Source of the DNA: Thermoflexus hugenholtzii JAD2
GTDB lineage: Bacteria > Chloroflexota > Dehalococcoidia > UBA2979
Direction of reading: 5' to 3'
Assembly (NCBI GenBank): GCA_945903275.1
Contig: CAMDNW010000009.1
Span: 3,036-67,035, forward strand
Length of the DNA: 64,000 nucleotides
Part shown: in pieces, positions 18,564-28,254 of the stretch
Position numbering within the stretch: position 1 is the stretch's first letter
Layout of the letters: each line of letters starts with the position of its first letter
The notes under the pieces: model-generated
Told to the model about the DNA's origin: nothing
Seen by the model: the letters and a program-made list of their open reading frames with translations, nothing else
Database searches by the model: none
Translations under genes and position numbers: made by a program

Positions 18564-20278
18564 ACGGACACACACCCATCAGCAACCTCAAGGACATCAC
18601 GGAGACCGGCCCCGCTGGCCTCGTGCTCGGCACCTCCGCCGAGGCGTCCACGCCGCTCTCCTTCTCGGTGCTCGTCGCGGACGATCGCTACCTGCAACTC
18701 GACGATGTCGTCCACCTCCGCTCGCCGCTCCCTGACGGCGAAGTCATCGATGTCTACGGCGTCGTCGACGAGGTGCGCGCAACGCACGAGGGCGTCTCCT
18801 TCGACTCCGATGTCCGCCTCGCCATCGACGGCATCCTGCCCGTGCAGCACGCCGTCGTCGCCCACGTCTCCGTCACCCGCGTCGAACCCGAAATCTTCGT
18901 CCCGCCCGTCCCCGGCACCGAAGTGCACCAAGCTCACGGCGCGGCCCGCGACGCGGCGCTCTTCTTCGACGGCATGCAGACGCGCGTCCCCTTCGGCCTC
19001 TCCCGCGCCGGCGAGACCATCTTCGCCAACATGGAGTTCCTCGATGGCACGCGCGGCGCGCACGTGAACATCTCCGGCATCTCCGGCATCGCAACCAAGA
19101 CCTCCTACGCGATGTTCCTGCTCCATGCGCTCTTCGAGGGCGGCGCGCTCGGTGTCGAGGCCGCCAACACCCGCTCGATCATTTTCAACGTGAAGGGCGA
19201 GGATCTGCTCTTCCTCGACAAGCCCAACGCCCGCCTCGACGACACACAGCGCACCCGCTACGCCACCATGGGCCTCCCCGCGCAGGCCTTCGGCTCCGTC
19301 GCCCTCTACGCTCCTGTCGCCCGAGGCGCACAGCCGATCCCCGACACCGGCTCGCGACTCGAAGGCGTCACCGGCTACTGCTGGACCCTCCGCGAGTTCT
19401 GCGCCGATCACTATCTGCGCTTCCTCTTCGCCGAGGCCGACGATGAGCGCTCGCAGATCGCCTACGTCGCCCAGTCCGTCGAGGCCCAACTCGCGATGGC
19501 TGCCCGCCTCTCGCTTCCCGTCACCAGCGCGACCGTCGAGATCGGCGGCGTCCGCTGCAACGACTTCCGTGAACTCGTGGAGCAGATCGCCGCCATGACC
19601 GACCCCGATCAGGGCGGCACGTGGGCCGGCCGCGCCGCCCCCGGCACCGTCCACGCCTTCCTCCGACGTCTGGAGGCCGCCGCCCCCCACGTCGGCCACC
19701 TCGTCCGCGGGGATGATTCCGAGGACATGGCCTCGCACCGGATCGACTGGCAGCGCGAGCAGGTCACCGTCGTCGATATCCACCGCCTACACGACCGCGC
19801 CAAACGCTTCGTCGTCGGCGCCGTGCTCAAGCGCATGTTCGAGGAGAAAGAGACCCGCGGTGCGGCCCGCCCGCTCGTATTCGTCGTGCTCGATGAACTG
19901 AACAAGTACGCCCCGCGCGAAGGCCACAGCCCCATCAAGGACGTGCTGCTCGACATCGCCGAGCGTGGCCGCTCCCTCGGCGTCGTGCTCATCGGCGCCC
20001 AGCAGACCGCCTCCGAGGTCGAGCCGCGCGTCGTCGCCAACTGCGCCTTCCGCGTCGTCGGCCGCCTCGACACCGCCGAGGCGCAACGCAACGAGTACGG
20101 CTTCCTCACCCCCGCCGCCCGCGCCCGCGCCAGCCTGCTCAAGCCCGGCACAATGATCCTGCACCAGCCAGAAATCCCCGTCCCGCTGCTCGTGCAGTTC
20201 CCCTTCCCCGCCTGGGCCACCCGTGCCTCCGAGGTCGCCGCCACCACCGACCCCTTCGCGCGCTTCGAGAATCGCTAA
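18560..20278 (+). CDS. HerA/DUF87-like hexameric ATPase (FtsK-HerA superfamily)
   Basis: N-terminal barrel region, a deviant P-loop NISGISGIATKTSY, and a C-terminal ...FVVLDELNKYAPREG...RSLGVVLIGAQQ...FRVVGRL block typical of HerA Walker B and arginine-finger regions. Confidence 0.65.
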   Translation: MNGHTPISNLKDITETGPAGLVLGTSAEASTPLSFSVLVADDRYLQLDDVVHLRSPLPDGEVIDVYGVVDEVRATHEGVSFDSDVRLAIDGILPVQHAVVAHVSVTRVEPEIFVPPVPGTEVHQAHGAARDAALFFDGMQTRVPFGLSRAGETIFANMEFLDGTRGAHVNISGISGIATKTSYAMFLLHALFEGGALGVEAANTRSIIFNVKGEDLLFLDKPNARLDDTQRTRYATMGLPAQAFGSVALYAPVARGAQPIPDTGSRLEGVTGYCWTLREFCADHYLRFLFAEADDERSQIAYVAQSVEAQLAMAARLSLPVTSATVEIGGVRCNDFRELVEQIAAMTDPDQGGTWAGRAAPGTVHAFLRRLEAAAPHVGHLVRGDDSEDMASHRIDWQREQVTVVDIHRLHDRAKRFVVGAVLKRMFEEKETRGAARPLVFVVLDELNKYAPREGHSPIKDVLLDIAERGRSLGVVLIGAQQTASEVEPRVVANCAFRVVGRLDTAEAQRNEYGFLTPAARARASLLKPGTMILHQPEIPVPLLVQFPFPAWATRASEVAATTDPFARFENR

Positions 20279-20281
20279 CCG

Positions 20282-21457
20282 ATGCGCATCCTCCACACCG
20301 CCGACTGGCACATTGGCCGCACCATCCGGGGCCGCAGCCGCGCCGCCGAGTTCGAGGCCGTCCTCGCCGAACTCGTTGGCATCGCGCGCGCCGAGCAAGT
20401 CGAGGCAATGCTCGTCTGCGGCGACATCTGGGAGACCGCCACCCCCACCCCCGAGGCCGACCGCCTGGTCTTCGAGGCGCTCCGTGAGTGCATCGGCCTT
20501 GGCATCCAGGTCGTGCTCATCGCCGGCAACCACGACTCGCCGCGCAAACTCGAGGCGCTCGGCATGTTGTCCGAACTGCTCGGCGTGCAGACTCAGTGGC
20601 GCGTGAACCGTCCCGAGGCTGGCGGCATCCTGAACATCGAGGGCCGCGAGCATGTCGCGCGCATCGCCGCCGTCCCGTGGCTGCGCGAGGGCGACTTCGT
20701 CGATGCCGCGCAACTCATGGGCCTCGAAGAAGACCGCTACGTCGCGTACGCCGACGGCGCGGGTGAGATCCATCGCGCCATGTGCACACCGTTCACGCCA
20801 GACACTGTGAACATCCTCGCCGGACACGTCTTCCTCAATGGTGCGCGCTACGCCGCGCGCGACGGCTCCGAGCGGCAACTGCATATCGGTCAGGCCTACG
20901 GTATCGCGCCCGCCGCCCTCCCACCGGCGCCGCAGTACATCGCGCTCGGCCACATCCACAGCCCGCAACGCATCACCGATGCCCCCGTCCCCACCGAGTA
21001 CGCCGGCTCCCTCCTCCAACTCGACTTCGGTGAGGCGCACGATGAGAAGCGCGTCGTGATCGTCGATGCTGTTCCCGGCCGCCCGCCGGACGTGCGCTCC
21101 ATCTCGCTCACTAAGGGCCGCCGCCTGCACCAACTGCACGACACGTTCGACAACGTGCTCGCGCAGGGTGCATCGCTTGGTAACGCGCACATTCGCGTCG
21201 TGCTGAAACTCGGCAAGCAGGAGCCCGGCATCGCGCAGCGCCTCCGCGATCAACTCCCCGGTGTCGTCGACGTGCAGCCTGAGTACCCCGATCTCATCGA
21301 GGCGATCGAGGAGCACCCATCGCTCGCCTCCCTCGCCCCCGAGGAGCAGTTCGTCCACTACTACCGAGCGCAGCACCAAGCCGACCCCGCACCCGAGACG
21401 ATCGTGCTCTTCCGCACCCTCCACGACGCCGCCGTCACCGCCGAGACGGAGGCGTAA
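20282..21457 (+). CDS. sbcD: Mre11/SbcD double-strand-break repair nuclease (calcineurin-like phosphoesterase)
   Basis: MRILHTADWHIGR..., phosphoesterase motifs (GDIWE, GNHD, GHxH). It starts 3 bp after the herA stop. Confidence 0.85.
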   Translation: MRILHTADWHIGRTIRGRSRAAEFEAVLAELVGIARAEQVEAMLVCGDIWETATPTPEADRLVFEALRECIGLGIQVVLIAGNHDSPRKLEALGMLSELLGVQTQWRVNRPEAGGILNIEGREHVARIAAVPWLREGDFVDAAQLMGLEEDRYVAYADGAGEIHRAMCTPFTPDTVNILAGHVFLNGARYAARDGSERQLHIGQAYGIAPAALPPAPQYIALGHIHSPQRITDAPVPTEYAGSLLQLDFGEAHDEKRVVIVDAVPGRPPDVRSISLTKGRRLHQLHDTFDNVLAQGASLGNAHIRVVLKLGKQEPGIAQRLRDQLPGVVDVQPEYPDLIEAIEEHPSLASLAPEEQFVHYYRAQHQADPAPETIVLFRTLHDAAVTAETEA

Positions 21458-21458
21458 C

Positions 21459-24400
21459 GTGCGCCCCATCCGCCTCGAACTGCGCGGCTTCACTTCGTTC
21501 CGCGACACCAGCGTCGTGGATTTCACCGGTCGCCGCCTCGTCGCCATCACCGGCCCCACCGGCTCCGGCAAGTCGTCGCTGCTCGATGCGATCACCTGGG
21601 CGCTCTACGGCGAGGTGCCGCGCGTTGGCAACCGCGCCGCGCAATTGATGACCCACGGCGCGGTGAGCATGAGCGCGCAGTTCGACTTCTCCGTCGGCCC
21701 CCAGCGCTACCGTGTCTCCCGCTCCATCGGCCGCAAGTCCGAGGCGCGCCTCGACCGCCTCTCGCCTGACGGCTTCACCGTCGTCCCCCTCGCCGATCGC
21801 GCCCGCGAAGCCACCGCTGAGGTGACACGCGTCCTCGGCCTCGACTACGAGACCTTCACCAAGACCGTACTGCTCCCGCAGGGCGCGTTCGATGCCTTCT
21901 TGCGCGGCGACCCCGGCCAGCGCCGCGACATCCTCACCAACCTCCTCGCCCTCGGCATCTACGAGCGCATGCGCGCCGATGCCCACGCCCGCTCCGTCGG
22001 CGCCCGTGCCGCCGCCGAGATGCAGCACGAGCAAGCCGGACGCCTCACCCTCGCCACCCCCGAGGCCGTCACCATCCTCGAGGCCGACCGCGCACAGTTC
22101 GAGACTCGTCTCCGCGAGGTCGCCGTACAACGCACCAACCTCGCCACGCTCACCGAGGCTGAGCGCGCCGCCGCCGACCGTGCCCGCATCGCCGCCGACG
22201 CCGCACAGGCCGCACGCGTGGCTGCCGAGGCTTTCGCGCACACCGAAGCCGCCGCCGCGCAGGCCGTGACCGCTGCCGAGGCCGCCGCGCAGCACCTTGC
22301 CGCCCTCACCTCCGAACGCGCCGCGCTCGGCTACGACGCCGAGGAGCACCGCCGCCTCGAACAGCAAGTCGCGCTCGTGCAGCAGCGCGCTGCCGCCCGC
22401 GACGATCTCTCGCGCGCGCAGCAGGCCGTCACCATCGCGCAGGATGCCGCCGATCGGGCGCGCGGTGACGCCGCTCGCGCTGCCGCAACTGCCGAGACAC
22501 AACGCGTGTCCTCGGAGTCCGCCACCACCGCACTCGCCGCCGCACGCACGCGCCTCGCCGCCGTCGCCGCCCCCGCACGCACCGCCGCCGCCGCCCTCGC
22601 CGGGCAGATCGCCACCACCGAGGCTGCTCGCGCGCAGTCCCTCCAGCGCAGCAACGAGTACGAGCAGAAGGCACGCGTGCTGCAAACGCTCGCGAAGCAA
22701 CTGATCGGCCTCCGCGTCGAGCACGAACGCGCGGACAGCACCCGCACCGCCGCCCTCGCCGCCGCCGCGACCGCCGAGGCACATCGCGTCCGCGCACACG
22801 ACGCCGAGACCGCCGCCGCCGCAGCGCTCACCGAGGCGACCGCGCACCGCGAGGCCGCCCAGCGCGAGCACGCCGCCGCCGCACTCCGTCGCGGCCTGAA
22901 GGTTGGCGAACCCTGCCCGGTCTGCGGCGAGCCCATCACCTCACTCGCCGATCGCGCGGCGCCTGACCTCGATGCCACCGATGCCGCACTCGCCGCCGCG
23001 CAGCGCGCGCTCGATGCCGCCCGCGCCGGGCAGCAGCAGCGCGCCAGCGCCGCCGCCGCCGCACACGCACACGCCGAGGCCGCCGGCGCCGCGCTCACCG
23101 CCGTCGACACGAAGATCATCGTGCTCGACGCGCAATGCGCCGAGGCCGCCGTGACCCGCGACGGCATCGATCACGCCGCCAAGCGCGCCTCCACCGCCGC
23201 CGCAGCCGAGGGCCAGCGCGCCACCGCCGCCGAGGAACAAATCGCCGCCGCCCGCACCCTCGAACGCGATCTGCAATTGCTGCTCGTACAGGTGCCTGCG
23301 GACATCGAGACCATCGAGGCTGACCCGCCCTCCGGCGCGCTCACCGCCGCCCTCCGCGTGGCGCTCGATGCCCACGCGGAGGGCGGCGGTGCCGCACGCA
23401 TCGCCGAAACCGCCACACGCACCGCTGACGAGGCCGCGCGAACCACCACCACAGCAGCAACACACAGCGACGCACTCACCGCCCAAGCCACGCGCGCCGC
23501 CGTCGAAGCGCAGTCACGCCTCGATGCCCTCGGCGCGCAGGACGCCGCCGAGGCGGACGCACTGCTCGCATCGCTCGCTGCCATGACGCAGCGCGCACAA
23601 CGCGCCACTGCACTCGATGAGGCCGCGCGCGCCGCCGGGCAGCAGCAAGCCTTCGCCACCGCGCTCACCGAGGAGCGCCGCGCCGCCGTCGCCCGTGCCA
23701 CCGCCGCCGCCACGACCGCGACCGCCAATCACGGGTCCACTGAAGCCGAGGCTGCTCGCGCGCGCGATGCCTACCGCGAACACTGGCGCGCCTTCGGCCT
23801 CGCCGAGCCGCCGTCCGCCGATGACCTCACCGCCACCGCCGGGAAACTCGAGGCGGATGAGCGCGACACCGACCGCTCGCTCACCCGCACCATCGGCGCC
23901 ATCGAACTCGCGCATAAAGAACGCGCCGAGAGCGAACGCCTCCGCGCCGAAGCTGCGGCCAACACCCGCAACGCGGAGGTCGCCGCCGGTCTTGAACAGG
24001 AACTGCACCGCAACCGCTTCGTCGCCTACGTCCAGCGCGAGGCCATGCACGTCCTCGCCACCGAGGCCGGCGAGCGCATGGAACACCTCTCCCGTGGCCG
24101 CTACCGCCTCGCCGCCGACGGCGACGAGTTCGTCATCGTGGATCGATTCAACGGCGACGAGCAGCGCTCCGTGAAGACGCTCTCTGGCGGCGAAACCTTC
24201 CTCGCCAGCCTCGCCCTCGCCCTCGCGCTCGCCGAACGCCTCCCACAACTGTCCGGCCACGGCGGCGCGCTCAGCCTCGAATCACTCTTCCTCGACGAAG
24301 GCTTCGGCACCCTCGACGCGGACGCTCTCGATGTCGCCATCGAGGCGCTCGAACTGCTCTCCAGCGGCGACCGCATGATCGGCGTCATCTCCCACGTCCC

Positions 24401-24473
24401 CGCCATCGCCGACCGCCTCCCCGACCGCATCGAGGTCATCAAGAACGGCGCAACGAGCACGGTTAGGAGTTAA
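21459..24473 (+). CDS. sbcC: Rad50/SbcC SMC-like ATPase with a zinc hook
   Basis: GTG start 1 bp after the sbcD stop. Walker A GPTGSGKSSLLDAI, a long Ala/Glu/Arg-rich coiled coil, a CPVCGEP zinc hook mid-protein, and C-terminal LSGGETFLASLALAL...LFLDEGFGTLD (signature motif and Walker B). Confidence 0.85.
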   Translation: MRPIRLELRGFTSFRDTSVVDFTGRRLVAITGPTGSGKSSLLDAITWALYGEVPRVGNRAAQLMTHGAVSMSAQFDFSVGPQRYRVSRSIGRKSEARLDRLSPDGFTVVPLADRAREATAEVTRVLGLDYETFTKTVLLPQGAFDAFLRGDPGQRRDILTNLLALGIYERMRADAHARSVGARAAAEMQHEQAGRLTLATPEAVTILEADRAQFETRLREVAVQRTNLATLTEAERAAADRARIAADAAQAARVAAEAFAHTEAAAAQAVTAAEAAAQHLAALTSERAALGYDAEEHRRLEQQVALVQQRAAARDDLSRAQQAVTIAQDAADRARGDAARAAATAETQRVSSESATTALAAARTRLAAVAAPARTAAAALAGQIATTEAARAQSLQRSNEYEQKARVLQTLAKQLIGLRVEHERADSTRTAALAAAATAEAHRVRAHDAETAAAAALTEATAHREAAQREHAAAALRRGLKVGEPCPVCGEPITSLADRAAPDLDATDAALAAAQRALDAARAGQQQRASAAAAAHAHAEAAGAALTAVDTKIIVLDAQCAEAAVTRDGIDHAAKRASTAAAAEGQRATAAEEQIAAARTLERDLQLLLVQVPADIETIEADPPSGALTAALRVALDAHAEGGGAARIAETATRTADEAARTTTTAATHSDALTAQATRAAVEAQSRLDALGAQDAAEADALLASLAAMTQRAQRATALDEAARAAGQQQAFATALTEERRAAVARATAAATTATANHGSTEAEAARARDAYREHWRAFGLAEPPSADDLTATAGKLEADERDTDRSLTRTIGAIELAHKERAESERLRAEAAANTRNAEVAAGLEQELHRNRFVAYVQREAMHVLATEAGERMEHLSRGRYRLAADGDEFVIVDRFNGDEQRSVKTLSGGETFLASLALALALAERLPQLSGHGGALSLESLFLDEGFGTLDADALDVAIEALELLSSGDRMIGVISHVPAIADRLPDRIEVIKNGATSTVRS

Positions 24474-24479
24474 CCGTGA

Positions 24480-25140
24480 CGATGCTCGCCGCAGGTTCGA
24501 TTCACGTGACCATCGGCAGAAGCTCAGATTGGGTTGGATTGGTCTGCTGATCACGCAGATCGCCACAGTTGTGGCAGCAGTGCTCGCGTACCGACCAGTT
24601 CAACGCCAAATCAGTCAGAGAGCCGAACAACACGGGGAAACTCTGGCAGCGACATATCGCCCGGTGGTCGTACTGCGTAACCCCACAGTGAAACAAGTGC
24701 AGACCGGTGAACACTACCGTGAGGCAACATCTGGGAATCCAGGCACAGGGCCTGCGCTAAACGTTAAAATCCACGCGTGGCTAAGGAACGCATCAACTCA
24801 AGGCCTGACCAAGCAAGCCTTTCGGGCAGAGATTGATGCATCCAGGGCGGCCGTTGATTGGTGACGCCCATTCTTCGTTCACCGCATCGATGTAGTCGGC
24901 GCAGGCGACACAATCACGCAACCGATGACGATCGAGTCTTCTCTCGTGGGCGAATCCCCTAACGCCGATTGAATTCTCTACATCGCTTTCTTTGAGGATC
25001 TCGGGAAAACCCACTTCCCTCGTCAGCCACAAGACGAATAAAAGTGCGGTCATTTACTCCTGCGAACATATACGACCAGCCCTAAAGCGAATGAAGACAC
25101 CGCGCTTGTTCTTCGCGGACATTCTCCGGCACGCATGATC
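24480..25140. other. Low-GC (~50%) insert downstream of rad50 with two overlapping small ORFs (24529..24864 + and 24793..25053 -)
   Basis: An abrupt compositional drop relative to flanking ~70% GC DNA. The + ORF starts with a TM-like segment (MGWIGLLITQIATVVAAVLAY). Neither ORF is recognisable. Confidence 0.3.
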
Positions 25141-25720
25141 ACTTACGCCGCGCCACGCATTCCCATACCTGCTTCGGTCGCGCCCACCGCGTGACCTCCC
25201 GGTGTTCGAGGTTCACCAGCGCAAACCCGTCACGCAGCACCTCGCGCACCGCCGCCTCATCGAAGAACCGCTTCGTCGCCCCATACGGCGCTTCCACTTC
25301 GGACTTCCGGAAGTTGCGCTCGATCTCGATACCGCCCTACGCGCCGTACTCCACGTCATCCGTCGCGTTCACGCGGAACACGAGGACGCCGCGCGGCTTC
25401 GGCACGCGAGCGATCTCGCAGATCATTGATGCGGTAGTCGCGTGCGAAAAGTAGTAGAGCGACAACGACGCCACGACTCCATCGAAGACAGCATCGGCGA
25501 AGGGAAGCGGGCAACTGTGGTCGGCGTAGATCAGCGAGCGGGTGCCGAGCCGGACGCGTGCATCCGCCACTTCGGCCGTCGCAGGCAGATCGGTCGCCAC
25601 CACATCGAGTCCCCATGCGCGCAGCGCCTCGGCATCCTCGCCCGGCCCGCATCCGAGTTCCAACACTCGCCCCACGCCTTCGAGTGATGCGCGATGCCGT
25701 TCGAGCCAGCCGTCGCTCAT
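25054..25720 (-). pseudogene. Class I SAM-dependent methyltransferase interrupted by an in-frame TAG
   Basis: ...LELGCGPGEDAEAL...VLVFRVNATDDVEYGA, then TAG at 25337..25339, then GGIEIERNFRK...FALVNLEHREV in the same frame. Confidence 0.5.
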
Positions 25721-25722
25721 CG

Positions 25723-26130
25723 CTACCCCCGCCGTCCCGTCACCATCGTCGCCATCAGCGACACCACCGAGATTACCAGCGACCCCAGCACAGCCGGCCA
25801 GAACCCATCAACGTGGAAGTTGAGACCGAGGCGTCCCGCCGCCCATGCGCTCACCATCAGCATCGCGGCGTTGATCACAATCGCAAACAGCCCAAACGTC
25901 AGCACAATCAGGCACGCCGAGAACAGCGCCGCCACCGGCTTCAGCAACATGTTCACGATCGCGAAGATCGCCGTCCCCGCCACCAGCGACTGCCAGTCGT
26001 TGATACGAACCCCCGGCACGATCGCCGAGGCGAGAAACAGTCCCGCCGCATTGATCGCCGCGCGGAACAGCATTCCGCTCAACGATCCCCCGCCCGGTGA
26101 CATCCGGTACGAATAGCCCACGGATCTCAT
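25723..26130 (-). CDS. 4-TMS holin-like membrane protein (PF04020, YvlD-like family)
   Basis: 135 aa with four predicted TM helices and conserved ...NAAMLMVSAWAAGRLGLNFHVDGFWPAVLGSLVIS... Confidence 0.65.
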   Translation of the reverse strand: MRSVGYSYRMSPGGGSLSGMLFRAAINAAGLFLASAIVPGVRINDWQSLVAGTAIFAIVNMLLKPVAALFSACLIVLTFGLFAIVINAAMLMVSAWAAGRLGLNFHVDGFWPAVLGSLVISVVSLMATMVTGRRG

Positions 26131-26152
26131 GCGCGTCCCCTCATCCCCGCCG

Positions 26153-27193
26153 TCATACTGAGGCTAACGCGACCGGCCGCCGCTCGCGCCACGACCGCCA
26201 CACCGCCTCCGTGAACTGCATGTACCGCAGCCCGTCCGCGAACGAGGTCAACTCCACCGGCTTCCCCTCGCGGATCGACGCCACAAAGTCGGCCTCGACG
26301 TTCCATCGCCCCTCGGTGCCCGGGTCAGGCGGCAACGGCCGCGCCTGCTCGCCGTACGCCGCGAACGTCATCAAGTCGTCCGCCGACCAGTGCAGCGTCC
26401 CCCTGCTCCCAAAAATCGACACCCCATTCGCATCCCGCGAGGCGTGCGCCACCGTGCTCACGCGGTACACCGCCCGCGCCCCATTCGCCATCCGCGCCAG
26501 GATGCCTAGGCTATCCGGCACGTCCAGCGTGACGCGCTGACCGTGCTCATCCAGTCGGTTCGTCACATACGTCGTCGCATCGGCCATCACCCACTCCGTC
26601 GGCCCCAGCCAGCGGTGGACCACCTCGGCGTAGATACCCACCGTCATCGCGTTCGTGCCGGAGAACTCGGACTGCTCCCGCCAGTGCAGCGGCGCCTCCG
26701 GGACAAGCGCCCCGGCGCTCAGCACTGTCGCGTGTACCTCGCGCACCTCACCCAACAGCCCGTCCCCCACCACCCGCTGGATCGTCCGCCACGACCGTAG
26801 GTCGAACGGCCCCGGCACCAGCATCGCCACGAGGTCGGGCCGCGCCTCCGCCGCCGCCAGCATCGCACGCGCTTCGCTGGTATCCATCGCCATTCGCGCC
26901 TCGCATAACACGTGCTTCCCCGCCTCCAGAGCCCGCACCGCGTACTCTTTGTGCCGGTATGGCCACGTGCCGATGCAGATCGCGTCGATCTCCGGATCCC
27001 GGAACAGCGCCTCCGGATCGGTCTCCACCCGCGTAAACCCGAACTCGTCCGCGACCCGCCGCCCGCTCGCCTCGGATCGGTTGCACACCGCCACCACCGC
27101 AACGCCGTCGATCGCGTTCAGACCCGGAATATGCCGCAGCCGCGTGTTCGCGCCCGCCCCGATTGCACCCACTCGTAATACCGCGTCAGCCAC
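26153..27193 (-). CDS. Gfo/Idh/MocA-family NAD(P)-dependent oxidoreductase
   Basis: Rossmann N-terminus VGAIGAGANTRLRHIPG, ...EKPMA-like region, and a C-terminal alpha/beta domain. The start is taken at the GTG giving MADAVLRVGAIG. The longer 460-aa ORF overlaps the response-regulator pseudogene. Confidence 0.8.
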   Translation of the reverse strand: MADAVLRVGAIGAGANTRLRHIPGLNAIDGVAVVAVCNRSEASGRRVADEFGFTRVETDPEALFRDPEIDAICIGTWPYRHKEYAVRALEAGKHVLCEARMAMDTSEARAMLAAAEARPDLVAMLVPGPFDLRSWRTIQRVVGDGLLGEVREVHATVLSAGALVPEAPLHWREQSEFSGTNAMTVGIYAEVVHRWLGPTEWVMADATTYVTNRLDEHGQRVTLDVPDSLGILARMANGARAVYRVSTVAHASRDANGVSIFGSRGTLHWSADDLMTFAAYGEQARPLPPDPGTEGRWNVEADFVASIREGKPVELTSFADGLRYMQFTEAVWRSWRERRPVALASV

Positions 27194-27290
27194 ACCATGC
27201 TCCTCGCGTAAACCTTGACTGTCGTATCGTCTGCCGTGAACGTACGGCTCGAAACATGCTATGCCTGCGGGCAGAAACATATAGTCGCCC

Positions 27291-28001
27291 ATGCGCGTAC
27301 TGGTCATCGACGACGAGCCGGATATCGGAAAGGTCATATCACTGACCTTTACCTTACGCTGGCCTGACTCCGATGTTGCCCACGCAGCCAACGGCGCGCA
27401 GGGCATCGCATACGTCCGCCGCAACTCGCCGACATCGTCGTCCTCGATGTCGGCTTCCCCGATATGAATGGCTTCCAGGTGCTGGAGCAGATCCGCCGCA
27501 ACTCGGATATCCCCGTGACCGTGCTCACTGCCCACCGCGACAAGGTCGACAAAGTACGCGGCCTAGAACTCGGCGCGGACGACTACATCACCAAGCCTTT
27601 CTCGCACCTCGAACTGCTAGCCCGCGTCCGCGCGGTCATGCGCCGCACCGAGTCGCAGGTGCCCATCAGCGAAGGCCCGCCCTTCCGCGCCGGCCCTCTC
27701 TACATCGACTACGCCAGCCGCGAAGTCAGCGTGGAAGCCCCCCCGTCAAACTCACGCCCATCGAGTACGGCATCCTCTACCACCTCAGCAGTAATGAAAA
27801 CCGCGTGCTGACTTCCGCACCCTGCTCGCCAAGGCATGGGGCCGTGAGTACGTAGATGAGGTCGACTACCTGAAAGTGCACATCCAGCACCTCTGCCGCA
27901 AGCTCGGCGATAACCCGGACGACGCGCCGATGATCGTGAACGAACGCGGCGGCGGGTATAAGTTTGTTCGGCCAGACCGGGTGGCCCGGTCACAGCGATG
28001 A
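27291..28001 (+). pseudogene. OmpR-family response regulator with at least three frameshifts
   Basis: The REC domain MRVLVIDDEPDIGKV...RRNSP shifts to DIVVLDVGFPDMNGFQVLEQIRRNSDIPVTVLTAHRDKVDKVRGLELGADDYITKPF. The winged-helix region PVKLTPIEYGILYHL...RVLT shifts again to LLAKAWGREYVDEVDYLKVHIQHLCRKLGD...GGGYKFV. All three are single-nucleotide deletions; one is a 7-C homopolymer spanning 27734..27740. Confidence 0.65.
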
Positions 28002-28254
28002 GCGCCGGCTGTCCCTCGCGCCGTTGCGGGGGGAGAGCCGGCCGAGGTGACCCTGCCCCATGAACTACAGCTACCCCAAGTGAACGCGGCATCAGCGCGC
28101 TCCTGCGTACGGTCGCCTCATTGCTCTTCGCGCTCTCCGGGGACGAAGATGAACTATCGCCGACGCACGCCCGGCGTGATCTGGAAGCAGACGCAGCGTT
28201 AGTGGAATCCTCCCCGCGAGCGCCGTACCGTCCAGTACGCGACCGGAGTCACCC

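Noticed and set aside
1841-25339. Genetic-code reassignment (TGA=Trp or TAG=Gln) as an explanation for the in-frame stops
   Set aside because: TGA, TAG and TAA all terminate intact, well-conserved genes here (nurA ends in TGA; groEL and gyrA end in TAG; herA and rad50 end in TAA). The same disrupted genes also carry frameshifts. Decay or assembly error is more parsimonious. Recoding cannot be excluded without proteomics.
27291-28001. Uniform sequencing or homopolymer error as the cause of all the frameshifts
   Set aside because: Large essential genes (groEL, gyrA, rad50 at 3 kb, the 2.5 kb CoA-transferase) are intact. The lesions are concentrated in accessory genes, and several are point nonsense changes rather than indels. 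One frameshift does sit in a 7-C run, so read-level confirmation is still advised.
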